Made by a program: the position numbers and the translations under genes
Notes under the pieces: model-generated
Seen by the model: the letters and a program-made list of their open reading frames with translations, nothing else
Told to the model about the DNA's origin: nothing
The model's database searches: none
Sequence record: NC_028945.1
Length of the DNA: 64,000 nt
Strand: one strand, 5' to 3'
Shown: positions 35,961-45,594 of the stretch, piece after piece
Position numbering within the stretch: the first letter of the stretch is position 1
Layout of the letters: every line of letters starts with the position of its first letter

Positions 35961-38144
35961 ATGACTTCCCTATCCAACTCTATTGCCACGAAAGGTTCAA
36001 TCCGCTCTCAGATTGTAGAACGCCGCACATATCTTCGACCCCTGAATGAAGAAGGCACCCTATTCGAAACGTTCGAACAGTCCATTGACCGGATGATCGA
36101 ACATCAACGATGGCTTTGGGAACGTGCCAAGGCTGGCATGCACCTTTGCCCCGTCACCGATCAGTGGATTCTTGAGCCGCTGACACTACAGGAAGAAGAA
36201 GAGCTTGAAGAACTCCGCTCCTTGCTTCTCCAACGTAAGATTACCCTTGCCGGTCGTACCCGCTGGCTTGGTGGCACGGAAATCGCCAAGCGCCGCGAAT
36301 CTTCCATGTTCAACTGTTCCTTCCTTGAAGTGCGCTCTGTATATGACGTCGTTGACGTGCTTTGGCTTCTGCTTCAGGGTTGTGGCGTCGGCTTCCGCCC
36401 GATTGTCGGTGTCCTGAACGGCTTCAACGTTCCGATTGAAGACATCGAAGTCATCCGGACCACCCGCAAGTCGAAAGGTGGTGCCGAGAAAAACAGCGAA
36501 TCGTTTGACAAGAAAACCGGCACATGGACGATCCGAATCGGCGACAGTGCCGAAGCATGGGCAAAGTCCATTGGCAAGCTCCTTGCTGGCAAGCGGACCG
36601 CGAAGAAGCTGGTACTCGACTTCTCCCAAATTCGCCCCGCTGGCGACCGTCTGAAAGGCTATGGCTGGATTTCGTCGGGTGACGAACAGATTGCCAAGGC
36701 ATTCGAAGCAATCGCCCGTATCCTCTCTAAAGCCGCTGGTCGCCTTCTTACCCGCATCGAAATCCTTGATATCGTCAATTGGCTTGGCACGGTCCTTTCG
36801 TCGCGTCGGTCCGCTGAAATCTGCCTGATGGCTGTCGGCGAAGACGAATGGCAGGACTTCGCAACCGCCAAGAGCAATTGGTGGGATTTCTACAACAAGG
36901 ACGGCGACAAGTTCGATGTTCCGGAAGGTCTGAACCCGTTCGCTAAGGCAGACAAGAAGAAGATCGAAGCGCTTGCTAATGCTGCCGGTTATTTCGACCG
37001 CGCACAACGCCAGCAATCCAACAACACGTTGATGTTCTTCCATCGTCCGACCCGCGACGAAGTCAAGTACATCTTCGACCTGATGGAAGCCGCTGGTGGT
37101 TCCGAACCCGGATTCTCGAATGCTGTTGAGGCTCTTCGCCGCGCGCCTTGGTTCAAGGGCGGCAACCCCTGCTATGAAATCCTGCTTGGCGACCGTTCGT
37201 TCTGTAACCTTGTCGAAACCGTTCTTTTCCGATTCAATGGCGATCCGGAAGGCTTGGCACGCGCTCATTACATCGTCGCCCGTGCGAACTATCGCCAGAC
37301 GTGCGTATGGCTTGATGACGGTATCCTACAGCGCGGTTGGCATGAACTGAACGAATACCTTCACCTTTGCGGCGTTGGCGTCACTGGCGTCGTCTCGTGG
37401 GATTCGTGGCGTTCTGCCGAAGCATGGCGCGACGTTCGCGATGCCGCTCATGACGGTGCCAATAGCATGGCTGATGACCTTGGCATGCCGCGCCCGAAGG
37501 CGGTCACCACGATCAAGCCGTCTGGTACACAGTCGAAGACGTTGTCGCTTCCCGGTCAAGAAGTTCCGGAAGGCATCCATGCTCCGCTTGGTCGCTTCAT
37601 CTTCAACAATGTCGGCATGTCCAAGCATGATCCGCTTGTTCCGATGCTGCGCAAGGCGAACTATCATGTCTTCGATCATCCGACCGACACGACAAGCGTT
37701 CTTGTCCGTATCCCGGTTGAATATTCGAACATCGACTTCACGAAGTTCAAGAAGACTGCCAAGGACGGACGTGAAATCGTTGTAGAAGTGAACACCGAGT
37801 CGGCAATCGATCAGCTTGAACGTTACAAGCTCGTGATGGAAAACTATGTCGATCATAATTGCTCGATTACCGTTTCCTACGATCTTGACGAAGTTCCGGG
37901 CATCATTGATTGGTTCATGGAAAATTGGGATTGCTTCGTTGGCGTTTCCTTCCTCTATCGCAACGATCCGACGAAGACGGCTGAAGACCTTGGTTATTCC
38001 TATCTCCCGCAAGAAGTTGTAGACGAAGACACGTTCCGCAACTATGAGGCGACCCTTGGTGAAATCGACTGGACCGGCACGGATACCGAACTTGGTGTTG
38101 AAAATGCTGGCGAAACATGTGTGAGCGGATGTCCGATTCGGTAA
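35961..38144 (+). CDS. nrdJ: Class II (adenosylcobalamin) ribonucleoside-triphosphate reductase, monomeric type
   Basis: FNCSF, LLQGCGVGF, SSRRSAEI, GGNPCYEILL...FCNLVE, TTIKPSGT, HNCSITV, C-terminal C.SGCPIR. Confidence 0.93.
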   Translation: MTSLSNSIATKGSIRSQIVERRTYLRPLNEEGTLFETFEQSIDRMIEHQRWLWERAKAGMHLCPVTDQWILEPLTLQEEEELEELRSLLLQRKITLAGRTRWLGGTEIAKRRESSMFNCSFLEVRSVYDVVDVLWLLLQGCGVGFRPIVGVLNGFNVPIEDIEVIRTTRKSKGGAEKNSESFDKKTGTWTIRIGDSAEAWAKSIGKLLAGKRTAKKLVLDFSQIRPAGDRLKGYGWISSGDEQIAKAFEAIARILSKAAGRLLTRIEILDIVNWLGTVLSSRRSAEICLMAVGEDEWQDFATAKSNWWDFYNKDGDKFDVPEGLNPFAKADKKKIEALANAAGYFDRAQRQQSNNTLMFFHRPTRDEVKYIFDLMEAAGGSEPGFSNAVEALRRAPWFKGGNPCYEILLGDRSFCNLVETVLFRFNGDPEGLARAHYIVARANYRQTCVWLDDGILQRGWHELNEYLHLCGVGVTGVVSWDSWRSAEAWRDVRDAAHDGANSMADDLGMPRPKAVTTIKPSGTQSKTLSLPGQEVPEGIHAPLGRFIFNNVGMSKHDPLVPMLRKANYHVFDHPTDTTSVLVRIPVEYSNIDFTKFKKTAKDGREIVVEVNTESAIDQLERYKLVMENYVDHNCSITVSYDLDEVPGIIDWFMENWDCFVGVSFLYRNDPTKTAEDLGYSYLPQEVVDEDTFRNYEATLGEIDWTGTDTELGVENAGETCVSGCPIR

Positions 38145-38159
38145 TCTGAAACAAAATAT

Positions 38160-38215
38160 GAAATAATTTCAAATTCCCTGTTGACACCGACAGGGAATTT
38201 TTCTATGTTTGAAGC
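38160..38215 (+). promoter_or_regulatory. Early promoter overlapping the nrdJ terminator
   Basis: Perfect 11-bp dyad AAATTCCCTGT-TGACACCG-ACAGGGAATTT around TTGAC at 38181. Confidence 0.8.
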
Positions 38216-38242
38216 ATAGAGAGAAACGAAAGAGAGACACCG

Positions 38243-38500
38243 ATGAAGACCGCTTTTGACGCCGCCAAAGTCAAGATCACCCGCAAGCGTTTCAGCGCCA
38301 CACAAGGCGAAGTCCTTGTCGAGTATGACGGCGTCAAGATCGAACAATATGGCGACAAGATCACCCTCGTCGTCGGTGCCGCGTGGGAAGGCTATCCCGA
38401 TGCCTTCTGGCTTGCCGTCGCCGAACGCGAAGCCCTTCGACGCGGCCTCGTTTTGACCCGCGAAGAACAGCTTGCCAAAATCATTGATCAATACAATTGA
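38243..38500 (+). CDS. Hypothetical early protein
   Basis: GAGAG leader. Confidence 0.65.
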   Translation: MKTAFDAAKVKITRKRFSATQGEVLVEYDGVKIEQYGDKITLVVGAAWEGYPDAFWLAVAEREALRRGLVLTREEQLAKIIDQYN

Positions 38501-38506
38501 GGTTTC

Positions 38507-38776
38507 ATGCCCGTCAACCGCGACAAAGCCGCTGCCGATCTTTACCGCGTTTCCGTCCGTGGAGCGCGCAAGGAAATGATCATGTTTTCGCAGTGCGACG
38601 AAGGAAGGGATGTCGGTTTGTTGCGCGCCTATATGGCTTCCGATCAGGCACAACTCGCCCGCATCCGCCGCCGCAATGCTGTCACTCGTGGTGATAAGGT
38701 GAAGCGGAAAGCCGATTTCTATGCCGTCCTTGCCCGGATGGCTGAACGTCTCGACAGACTCACTTGTGGATTTTGA
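38507..38776 (+). CDS. Hypothetical protein
   Basis: GAGG RBS. Confidence 0.6.
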   Translation: MPVNRDKAAADLYRVSVRGARKEMIMFSQCDEGRDVGLLRAYMASDQAQLARIRRRNAVTRGDKVKRKADFYAVLARMAERLDRLTCGF

Positions 38777-38842
38777 AATAATTTCAAATTCTCTCTTGAC
38801 CGGAAACCGAATCTGGTCTAATTTCAAATCATAGAGAAAAGA
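38775..38842 (+). promoter_or_regulatory. Early promoter cassette
   Basis: GAAATAATTTCAAATT..TTGACCGGAAACCGAATCTGGTCTAATTTCAAATCATAGAGA. Confidence 0.85.
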
Positions 38843-38851
38843 GAGAACGTC

Positions 38852-39109
38852 ATGAGCTTCTACAAACAGACCGTCCGCAAGAATGCCAAAAACACCTTCT
38901 ATGCCTTCGGGCGCGAAGACAAGCTTGACGGCATGCCGACCGCGCAAGGCGGTTACAAGATTTACAAGCTTTGCGAGAATTATGACGGTACAGTTCGCGG
39001 CGGCATCCGTAAGACGTGGCGCGTTCAGCGCGAAAACCTGTCTTATGTCGATGCGATCAAGCTGATGAACAAGCGACTCGGTCGCGAAGAATTCAAACCG
39101 ACAATGTAA
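38852..39109 (+). CDS. Hypothetical early protein
   Basis: Directly after cassette. Confidence 0.7.
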   Translation: MSFYKQTVRKNAKNTFYAFGREDKLDGMPTAQGGYKIYKLCENYDGTVRGGIRKTWRVQRENLSYVDAIKLMNKRLGREEFKPTM

Positions 39110-39289
39110 GGTTCCCGTTCATGTATGAAGTTCGCATCAACATCGCCGATTTGACCGCCGCCTGTATCGCCCTTTATTCCGTCAAAGTCCTTGCTGCCGG
39201 GTCGCTCTATGCGACCCTTGAATGTGATGAAGTCGCGCTTCGGCGGCTCACCAAAGCTGGCATTATTTGGACACTTGATTAAAAAAGCA

Positions 39290-39311
39290 AAAGCCGGGAT
39301 TTCCCGGCTTT
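39290..39311. terminator. Bidirectional terminator between convergent blocks
   Basis: AAAGCCGGG-ATTT-CCCGGCTTT with A/T tracts on both sides. Confidence 0.85.
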
Positions 39312-39315
39312 AATT

Positions 39316-41643
39316 TTAGAGAGACGATTTGAAGGTGTTCCATGCGGTATAGAAGGCGGCTTGCTCGGTTGACGTCAAGCCCGCTCCCGCCGCAAACAGA
39401 CCGAACGTTCTTGCCAAAGACGTCGTCCCGGAGATAGAACCTATCCGGAAGTTGCCGTTTGCGACCGCTGCCGAGACTTGTGCCGTCGTTCCTAACGAAG
39501 TCCCGTTCCTGAACGCTTCCGCCGCTGTCGCCCCCGTACGGTTCAGTACGAAGAAACCAGTCGGTTGCGTGTTGTTGATCGTCACGGCAGACGCTTGGTT
39601 GATACGCATGCTCACGAATGTGCCGGTAGATGGTGCGATTGTCGTACCCTTGCTGCCGTCGTGGAAACCCGCGAGGGACGACGCATTGGTGACACCAACA
39701 AGAACGTCCACGATAAACGAAGCGCTATCCTGAACATACTGACTTCCACCAGTCGCCGGATTATATCCGGTGTTGATCCATGAAGACGATGTGTTGGTAG
39801 CGACACCAGCATCCGCCGTGAATGTCGGTGTTCCGTTCAAGGTGCCGGTAAAGGTTGCCGGATTTTTCCAGTTCAACAGCGAAGCTTGCTGATCATGCGC
39901 CATATAAACTTGGATGGCGTCCATCTTATTCCAAACATTGGCGTTCTTGAGCGCGACGATCATGTTATCAATGGCAGTCTTACGGGTGTCGGACGGCTGG
40001 ACCGTCATTGCCGCAAACAGCGCGACCGCTTCGCCAGAATATGCCGCACTTGCCTCAATCGGACCAATTGCGTTCGAAGTCGCTTCAGTTGATCCGGCAG
40101 CATTCGTTGCCGTTACCGAAACAGTGACAGAATCGCCGGTTTCATTCGCCGTCAATGTATAAGTCGAGTTTGTCGCGCCGGAAATCGCAACGCCATTCGA
40201 CTTCCACTGATATGCGTAGGAAATCGGGTTAGAACCCGTCCACGTGCCGTTTGACGTGACCGTGAGGACTTGACCAACGACAGCACCACCCGTCACCGTA
40301 GGAGCAACTGTATTGGCAGGAGCCGCAAGCACTTCGCCGACATAAGTCCTGCGCATTTCTTCCAAACGTGATTTGACCAAATCCGCCATGGCTTCATGAA
40401 CGATTTCGGACGGGTGAACACCATCGATAGTACCGAACGCAACCCATCGATCCGTCAAGGTCGCATCTACTTGAGCCGCCGTATGGTCGTAATAGCCGTC
40501 AATGTTGGCGTCCGAAGCCACTTCGGAAATGACCGTGTTGTTCACGAAATCGCGCCAAGCACCACCAGTCTCAAAGCCCGTTTTCGGTGTTTGGTTTGCG
40601 ACCGTATCCCATGTGTCCGTACTGTCGGTCTTTGGTGACAGGAGAATTTGTTCGACGTGACCGATGCCAGCCGACTTCAAAATTTGCCAAGTAGTTCTGA
40701 ACCGTGTCAGTGTGTTGCTTGCGGTTTCGCCGGTCGAATAGTCATTGCCGCCATGTCCCGCCCATGCGTGATTGACATAAGGGAAGATCGCGGACCTTTT
40801 TGCGTAACTTTGAACGAAAATCTTGGAAGTCTCACCAGATTTCGCCAAGGACACGCGAGCGAGCTTGCGCCCATAGACATCATGCATTGAACGACGAAGC
40901 CAACCGCCGCCGTCGTTCAGTCCGTCGCCGCCATTGTCGCCAACACCGTTCTCGATAGAGGCACCGACAACACCAAGCGCGAACATCTTCGACACCGGCT
41001 TGCCAATGGTCACAACAGGGAAGAACATCCAAGAGTTCTGTGCTACCCAACCGGAACCGGTCGTCAATGCGCCAGTGTTCAGAAGTTGGGAAACGGCGCT
41101 GGTCGCACCAACAACACATCCTTCGCCGCTGATCGGATTGTCATATGCGGATGTCGTGTGGTAAATGAACTTCCCGCCTTCGACACACTCACGCTCATAC
41201 CGAATCCAGTATTGAGTGTACTTGGTGAACCGTGTGAGACCGAATTGGGAAGGTGTCAGTGCGTCCGTGAGAACAAGAGCATCGCCGGGATTGATGACCT
41301 TCGAATTGCTACCTTCGAACAATACCGGAACCGTGACACCGTTACATTCGACCGCTGCCTTCAGGGTTACAGCGTTCGAAGCATTAAGCTCACCTGTCGC
41401 ATCAACAAACCAACCGGCAAAGCCGAGCTTGATTTCCGTCACATCAACGTCGCCGATGTAATGGCGATTTCTGCCGATCTGCTTGACGTTGGAAGCGGTC
41501 GTGGCAGCGCCTTCAAGCGCGGAAATTTCACCACGCGTGCCGACAACCTGATAGGGCAAACCGCCGACACCACCGCCGCGATTGCCACGGGCGGCAGGTT
41601 TCATGCCGGTAAGGTTTCGGATGCCGGGAGTTAGAATGAACAT
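39316..41643 (-). CDS. Virion/tail-associated protein: SGNH hydrolase + Ig-like + ConA/LamG-like domains
   Basis: VVGASI, GGND, DGVHPS (SGNH blocks); APANTVAPTVTG...YAYQW (Ig); C-terminal beta-rich domain. Confidence 0.7.
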   Translation of the reverse strand: MFILTPGIRNLTGMKPAARGNRGGGVGGLPYQVVGTRGEISALEGAATTASNVKQIGRNRHYIGDVDVTEIKLGFAGWFVDATGELNASNAVTLKAAVECNGVTVPVLFEGSNSKVINPGDALVLTDALTPSQFGLTRFTKYTQYWIRYERECVEGGKFIYHTTSAYDNPISGEGCVVGATSAVSQLLNTGALTTGSGWVAQNSWMFFPVVTIGKPVSKMFALGVVGASIENGVGDNGGDGLNDGGGWLRRSMHDVYGRKLARVSLAKSGETSKIFVQSYAKRSAIFPYVNHAWAGHGGNDYSTGETASNTLTRFRTTWQILKSAGIGHVEQILLSPKTDSTDTWDTVANQTPKTGFETGGAWRDFVNNTVISEVASDANIDGYYDHTAAQVDATLTDRWVAFGTIDGVHPSEIVHEAMADLVKSRLEEMRRTYVGEVLAAPANTVAPTVTGGAVVGQVLTVTSNGTWTGSNPISYAYQWKSNGVAISGATNSTYTLTANETGDSVTVSVTATNAAGSTEATSNAIGPIEASAAYSGEAVALFAAMTVQPSDTRKTAIDNMIVALKNANVWNKMDAIQVYMAHDQQASLLNWKNPATFTGTLNGTPTFTADAGVATNTSSSWINTGYNPATGGSQYVQDSASFIVDVLVGVTNASSLAGFHDGSKGTTIAPSTGTFVSMRINQASAVTINNTQPTGFFVLNRTGATAAEAFRNGTSLGTTAQVSAAVANGNFRIGSISGTTSLARTFGLFAAGAGLTSTEQAAFYTAWNTFKSSL

Positions 41644-41653
41644 TCAACTATCC

Positions 41654-41944
41654 TTATGCGCGGTCGAGAACAGCGACTCGGGTGCCTTTCCGGATATACA
41701 GAGCGAACGGGACGCCATTCACCAGCGGAATGCGGGCGGTTGCGACAGAAGCATTAGGAACAGAACCATCCGTCGTGAACGCTGCCCACATATTGCCGTC
41801 AAGCGGGGTGAGGATCACGTAATTGAATTCAGCCGGGGATGCCGTCGAAGCCGCTCCGGAAGCAAGTTCGGACGAAACCAAATTTGCGTCGATGACGTCG
41901 GACGAACTGGAAATTTTAGTGAAGACTACAGAGCAAGTTGCCAT
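41654..41944 (-). CDS. Hypothetical late protein
   Basis: CTAAATA late promoter at 41970-41976 (minus strand). Confidence 0.65.
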   Translation of the reverse strand: MATCSVVFTKISSSSDVIDANLVSSELASGAASTASPAEFNYVILTPLDGNMWAAFTTDGSVPNASVATARIPLVNGVPFALYIRKGTRVAVLDRA

Positions 41945-41972
41945 TTTAGAATCCTTTCAAGTTTTCTTGTAT

Positions 41973-42389
41973 TTAGTCCTTTAGCGCCCGTAGGTGAGAA
42001 CCGGATATCCGACACATGATGTAATCATTGTAGTAATCGTCTCTTAGTAATACGTCATGTTCGAACTGTAATTTCGCTTCATAATAAGTGCTTTCCGCAT
42101 TCGACCGACACAGTTTCAGTATTTCCCTTTTGAACCGAGATGAACCGTGTTCATCCACCAATGCTTTAATCTTCTCGTTGCTACCATGGTAGGACTGCCA
42201 GTCAGATTCAGTGATCTTAGTTCTTTTACGCTTTTGTCCTTTGAGTGGCGGTAAGGTCTTCTTGTTGTAGAAAGTCTTCTTTCCGATGTACTTTCTACCG
42301 CTCACAAGGTCCGTTATTAGATAAACGAACGCTTTAAACTTACCGATGTCTTCGGATGTGAACTCTTTTCCTTCAAAATACCAAGTCAT
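41973..42389 (-). CDS. Conserved T4-like GIY-YIG-family protein
   Basis: FVYLITDLVSGRKYIGKK...PLKGQKRKR...ESDWQSYHGS; start 42389. Confidence 0.85.
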   Translation of the reverse strand: MTWYFEGKEFTSEDIGKFKAFVYLITDLVSGRKYIGKKTFYNKKTLPPLKGQKRKRTKITESDWQSYHGSNEKIKALVDEHGSSRFKREILKLCRSNAESTYYEAKLQFEHDVLLRDDYYNDYIMCRISGSHLRALKD

Positions 42390-43249
42390 TACTTTGCTTC
42401 CTTTGGTTCGAACCAAAACCCAAGGTCGCGAAATGTTCTTCCTACGATTTCTTCGGAATAATTGGTTTTCAAATATTCTGATTGATTATAAGATGTCTTT
42501 GAGATTACTTTCTCGGGGTGTTTCTTACACCAGCGGTATACCGACATGTAGGTGGTATTTTCTGGGCATTTGTAGGGAGAATCGACCTTTCCCCAAGGGG
42601 TGTGATACCATCCGGTAAAACGGTTGTGGTTCTCGCCTTTATGTCTTCCATCACTCTGTATTGCTTTTAATTTCGCTCTTGTTTCATCAGAAATCGGCGG
42701 TCTGTTCAGCGCTGCATTTTTCATTTTTGCTATAGTTTCTTCGGAATGTTTCTTCCCGAAGAACGGGTTCTGTTCTCCATATTTTCCAAACATTGGGTTA
42801 TTAGCGCCAGAGATTTTCTCGATAGTTGCTTCGGAATGTCGCTTTCCATAGAAGGGATTTCCTTCTCCACTGAAGGCAATGCTCATGGCATCACACTGTT
42901 TTTTAGAAAGCTTCTTCCCCTTGTGAATTTTGCTAATTTTGGCTTTAATTTCGTCACTCATTTCGATGCGACCGGCGACACCAGAAGTATTAAACAAAGG
43001 CGTGTTAGCATTGTTGATGTAATGCTGTTCTGTCTCTATGAGACTATCGACGTCCACTTCTTCTAAAATCTCAAAAACAAAATTTTCAATGCCATGTTTG
43101 TTAAATGATTTCTGAAGATGATCGCAATGATGACGATTGTTCTTCAAATCGTAGAAGTGATGACGTTTCCGTTCTTTAAAATTGTTGGTAGAACCGACAT
43201 ATATCTTGCCACTTATCACGTTTCTTATTTGATATATTCCGGATTTCAT
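42389..43249 (-). mobile_element. Free-standing GIY-YIG homing endonuclease with NUMOD3 repeats
   Basis: MKSGIYQIRN...IYVGS..F.ER; repeated NPFYGKRHSE; late promoter at 43281-43287. Confidence 0.9.
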
Positions 43250-43315
43250 GAAAATACCCTTGTAGTTGCTTGTACAAGGGTATTTAGCAAATGAGATATT
43301 TGGACCAATCCGAAA

Positions 43316-43948
43316 TTACTTGGCTGCGATTATAGCGGCATAAAAAGCCTTCGCTTCCCCGGCAATCTTTTCCGCTTTGTCGGTTCCATTAATGATTCGG
43401 CGAGCACCAACCCAATCGGTTTTGGTGTCATTGAAGTAATCGGAAAGCTTCTTGCCAGTATATGCGCCCGATGTCATACCATCAAACATGATCGCAACGG
43501 CAAAATCAGGTTCCAATGCTTTATCGGGATTATTTTCAATTCCGTATTTGCGGTAGTTATCGCGTCCTGTGAGTTGGACAAGCCCCCTGCCACGCATGAG
43601 CCAACCATCGCCGGAAGCTTCCGGACCGTTGCCCATACGATTGCCATATGCGCGATTCGCAATGGCTTGTGGCTTGCGCTCATACTTGGCAGCATCGGCA
43701 AGATTGAAATATTTGGGGAACGTCGCCCGAAGACCCTTCGCCGAATAGTTCAAATTCTCCATGATCGGAACCATTCGCCCGCCTGTCTCGTGGAAGGCAG
43801 TCGCCAAGGCATAAGCAAGCCAACGCGCGTCAAGCTTCTCCATCCTATTCAGGATCGCCGAAATCCCCACAACTTGTTCCGAGGAAAGTCTGCCATTGAA
43901 CAACAACGGGTTGTCACGGATGGCGTCGAAGAATTTCTTTCTGTCCAT
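43316..43948 (-). CDS. Endolysin, glycoside hydrolase family 19
   Basis: LAYALATAFHETG, ENLNYS, RGRGLVQLTGRDNY, ARRIING; late promoter at 43972-43978. Confidence 0.9.
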   Translation of the reverse strand: MDRKKFFDAIRDNPLLFNGRLSSEQVVGISAILNRMEKLDARWLAYALATAFHETGGRMVPIMENLNYSAKGLRATFPKYFNLADAAKYERKPQAIANRAYGNRMGNGPEASGDGWLMRGRGLVQLTGRDNYRKYGIENNPDKALEPDFAVAIMFDGMTSGAYTGKKLSDYFNDTKTDWVGARRIINGTDKAEKIAGEAKAFYAAIIAAK

Positions 43949-43974
43949 GTCTTATCACTCCTGTTTAACGTTAT

Positions 43975-44631
43975 TTAGGAATGTAAGATCGCCCATCCTT
44001 TGTAAGTTTTAGAACAGTATTTACCATTCGCAAGATTGTACATTGCGCTAACATCAAACTTGTTTTGCGCACAAAATTGCTTCATGTTTGTGACTGTTAC
44101 CAAATTTCCTTTTGGGTCTATGAATTGATACGTCTTCTTGCCTTTACCTGTCTTAGCTTGGGACATTTTGGCACGAGTTTCTTCGCTGGCTTTGCTCCCG
44201 GCTCTTGCGGCGGATATCCTTTGTTTTGTCTTTTCGCTGCGCTTCCTTCCACGATGGTCAAAGACTGCTTTTCCATATCTTGGATTAGCCGGACCACGCA
44301 TCGATTCGGCAAATACTTTCCGAGCGACTTCATACTGTTTTGAATTGAAATTGCGCTCATGTTTTTTGCTGGAATTGAGCATCCGATTGAAAGCACACGC
44401 CATTTTGTAAAAATGAATGCTGTCAACCATTTTGGTTAATAGCCAATGGCATAAGAAGTGTTCTCTTGCCGTCAAGAGCACAAGATTGGATTTTGCGTTA
44501 TTACCGCCCAACGATTTAGGGACGATGTGATGGTTTTCATAATACTGGTCATCGGACTTCTTGCGATCTGAAGTCGCCGCACTTTTCACTATGCTAAAAT
44601 ACCAGTGCGTATATTTTGACTCGTTAAACAA
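43975..44631 (-). mobile_element. Free-standing HNH homing endonuclease (Mob-like) with NUMOD3
   Basis: ENHHIVPKSLGG.N..SNLVLLTAREHFLCH; late promoter at 44658-44664. Confidence 0.9.
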
Positions 44632-44735
44632 TATTAATTTCCGCTCGATTTTTGAATTATTTATCGAACGTGCTATTGACGGATAAAATTTGAAATGATA
44701 TCAAATAATCACAGTCAATCGAAAGGGATTTCCCA

Positions 44736-44843
44736 ATGAAGAAAGTCGCTGTTGATTTTGTGATGATCGCCGCTGTTCTTGCCGGTCTTGGCTTCTATGT
44801 CGCCATCCAAATGGCTGAAATCATTAAGATTTCCGCTGTATAA
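44736..44843 (+). CDS. 35-aa membrane peptide under an early promoter
   Basis: MKKVAVDFVMIAAVLAGLGFYVAIQMAEIIKISAV; TTGAC at 44676. Confidence 0.55.
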   Translation: MKKVAVDFVMIAAVLAGLGFYVAIQMAEIIKISAV

Positions 44844-44923
44844 AAGATTAAAATTAAAATGAACCGGGGTGGCTTGACGGTCACCCTTTTTTCTGAAATA
44901 TTCCAGTTCGAAAATTAAAACAA

Positions 44924-45100
44924 ATGATCACAACACTGATTTTGACTCTCTTCTTCACCACCGGGGAACCGCCCCGGACGTTCGAATTTCAGAGCATGGA
45001 TTATGCTACCTGCGAAACGAACAAGGACTACATCGCCAAAATCATCATGAGAGAAGCCGGGAACGTCTATGAGGTTACCCCGGAATGTAGAAAGGTTTGA
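44924..45100 (+). CDS. 58-aa putative exported peptide
   Basis: Hydrophobic N-terminus, two Cys; preceded by a hairpin enclosing TTGAC. Confidence 0.5.
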   Translation: MITTLILTLFFTTGEPPRTFEFQSMDYATCETNKDYIAKIIMREAGNVYEVTPECRKV

Positions 45101-45101
45101 A

Positions 45102-45290
45102 ATGCTCGTTAAAGTTCATTGGGTAATTCGTGATCTTGGTGACGGTTCCGCGACCGTCAAATTCTTTCCTTCAGAGGAAGCCAAGGACAGATATGTTCAA
45201 AGCGAAACTGTCTTTGGTGACGGTGAAGAAATCATCCTTGGTGAAGACTCTGATACCCTAATTGAAGATCAATTTGAGATTATTGAATAA
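45102..45290 (+). CDS. Hypothetical protein
   Basis: IRDLGDGSATVKFF motif. Confidence 0.55.
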   Translation: MLVKVHWVIRDLGDGSATVKFFPSEEAKDRYVQSETVFGDGEEIILGEDSDTLIEDQFEIIE

Positions 45291-45572
45291 ATGATCAGAA
45301 CAATTCTCGGTTATTGTGCCCGTATTCAGAACGGGCGGACAGAAGACGACATTTTCGATCACCTGAATGATGAATTTGTCGAACTTGGTCTTGACATCAT
45401 CAACACGAGGAACGACAGACCGATTGGAGAAGACGGCATCCTTGGTGAAGCCATCGACGTCCTGCTTTGTGCCATTGACTATGAGCACAAGAAAAATCCC
45501 AACATTACCGCCGAAGAAATCGAAGCCATTATCCTGCGCAAGCTGGACAAATGGGAACGGATTTACGGCTAA
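45291..45572 (+). CDS. MazG-like NTP pyrophosphohydrolase (small)
   Basis: HLNDEFVEL...GEAIDVLLCAID...KLDKW. Confidence 0.7.
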   Translation: MIRTILGYCARIQNGRTEDDIFDHLNDEFVELGLDIINTRNDRPIGEDGILGEAIDVLLCAIDYEHKKNPNITAEEIEAIILRKLDKWERIYG

Positions 45573-45594
45573 ACTCTCCCCGAAAGGATAAATT

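Noticed and set aside
36860-37020. Roughly 30-aa insertion in NrdJ as a possible mini-intein
   Set aside because: No Cys/Ser start or His-Asn end; looks like a surface loop.
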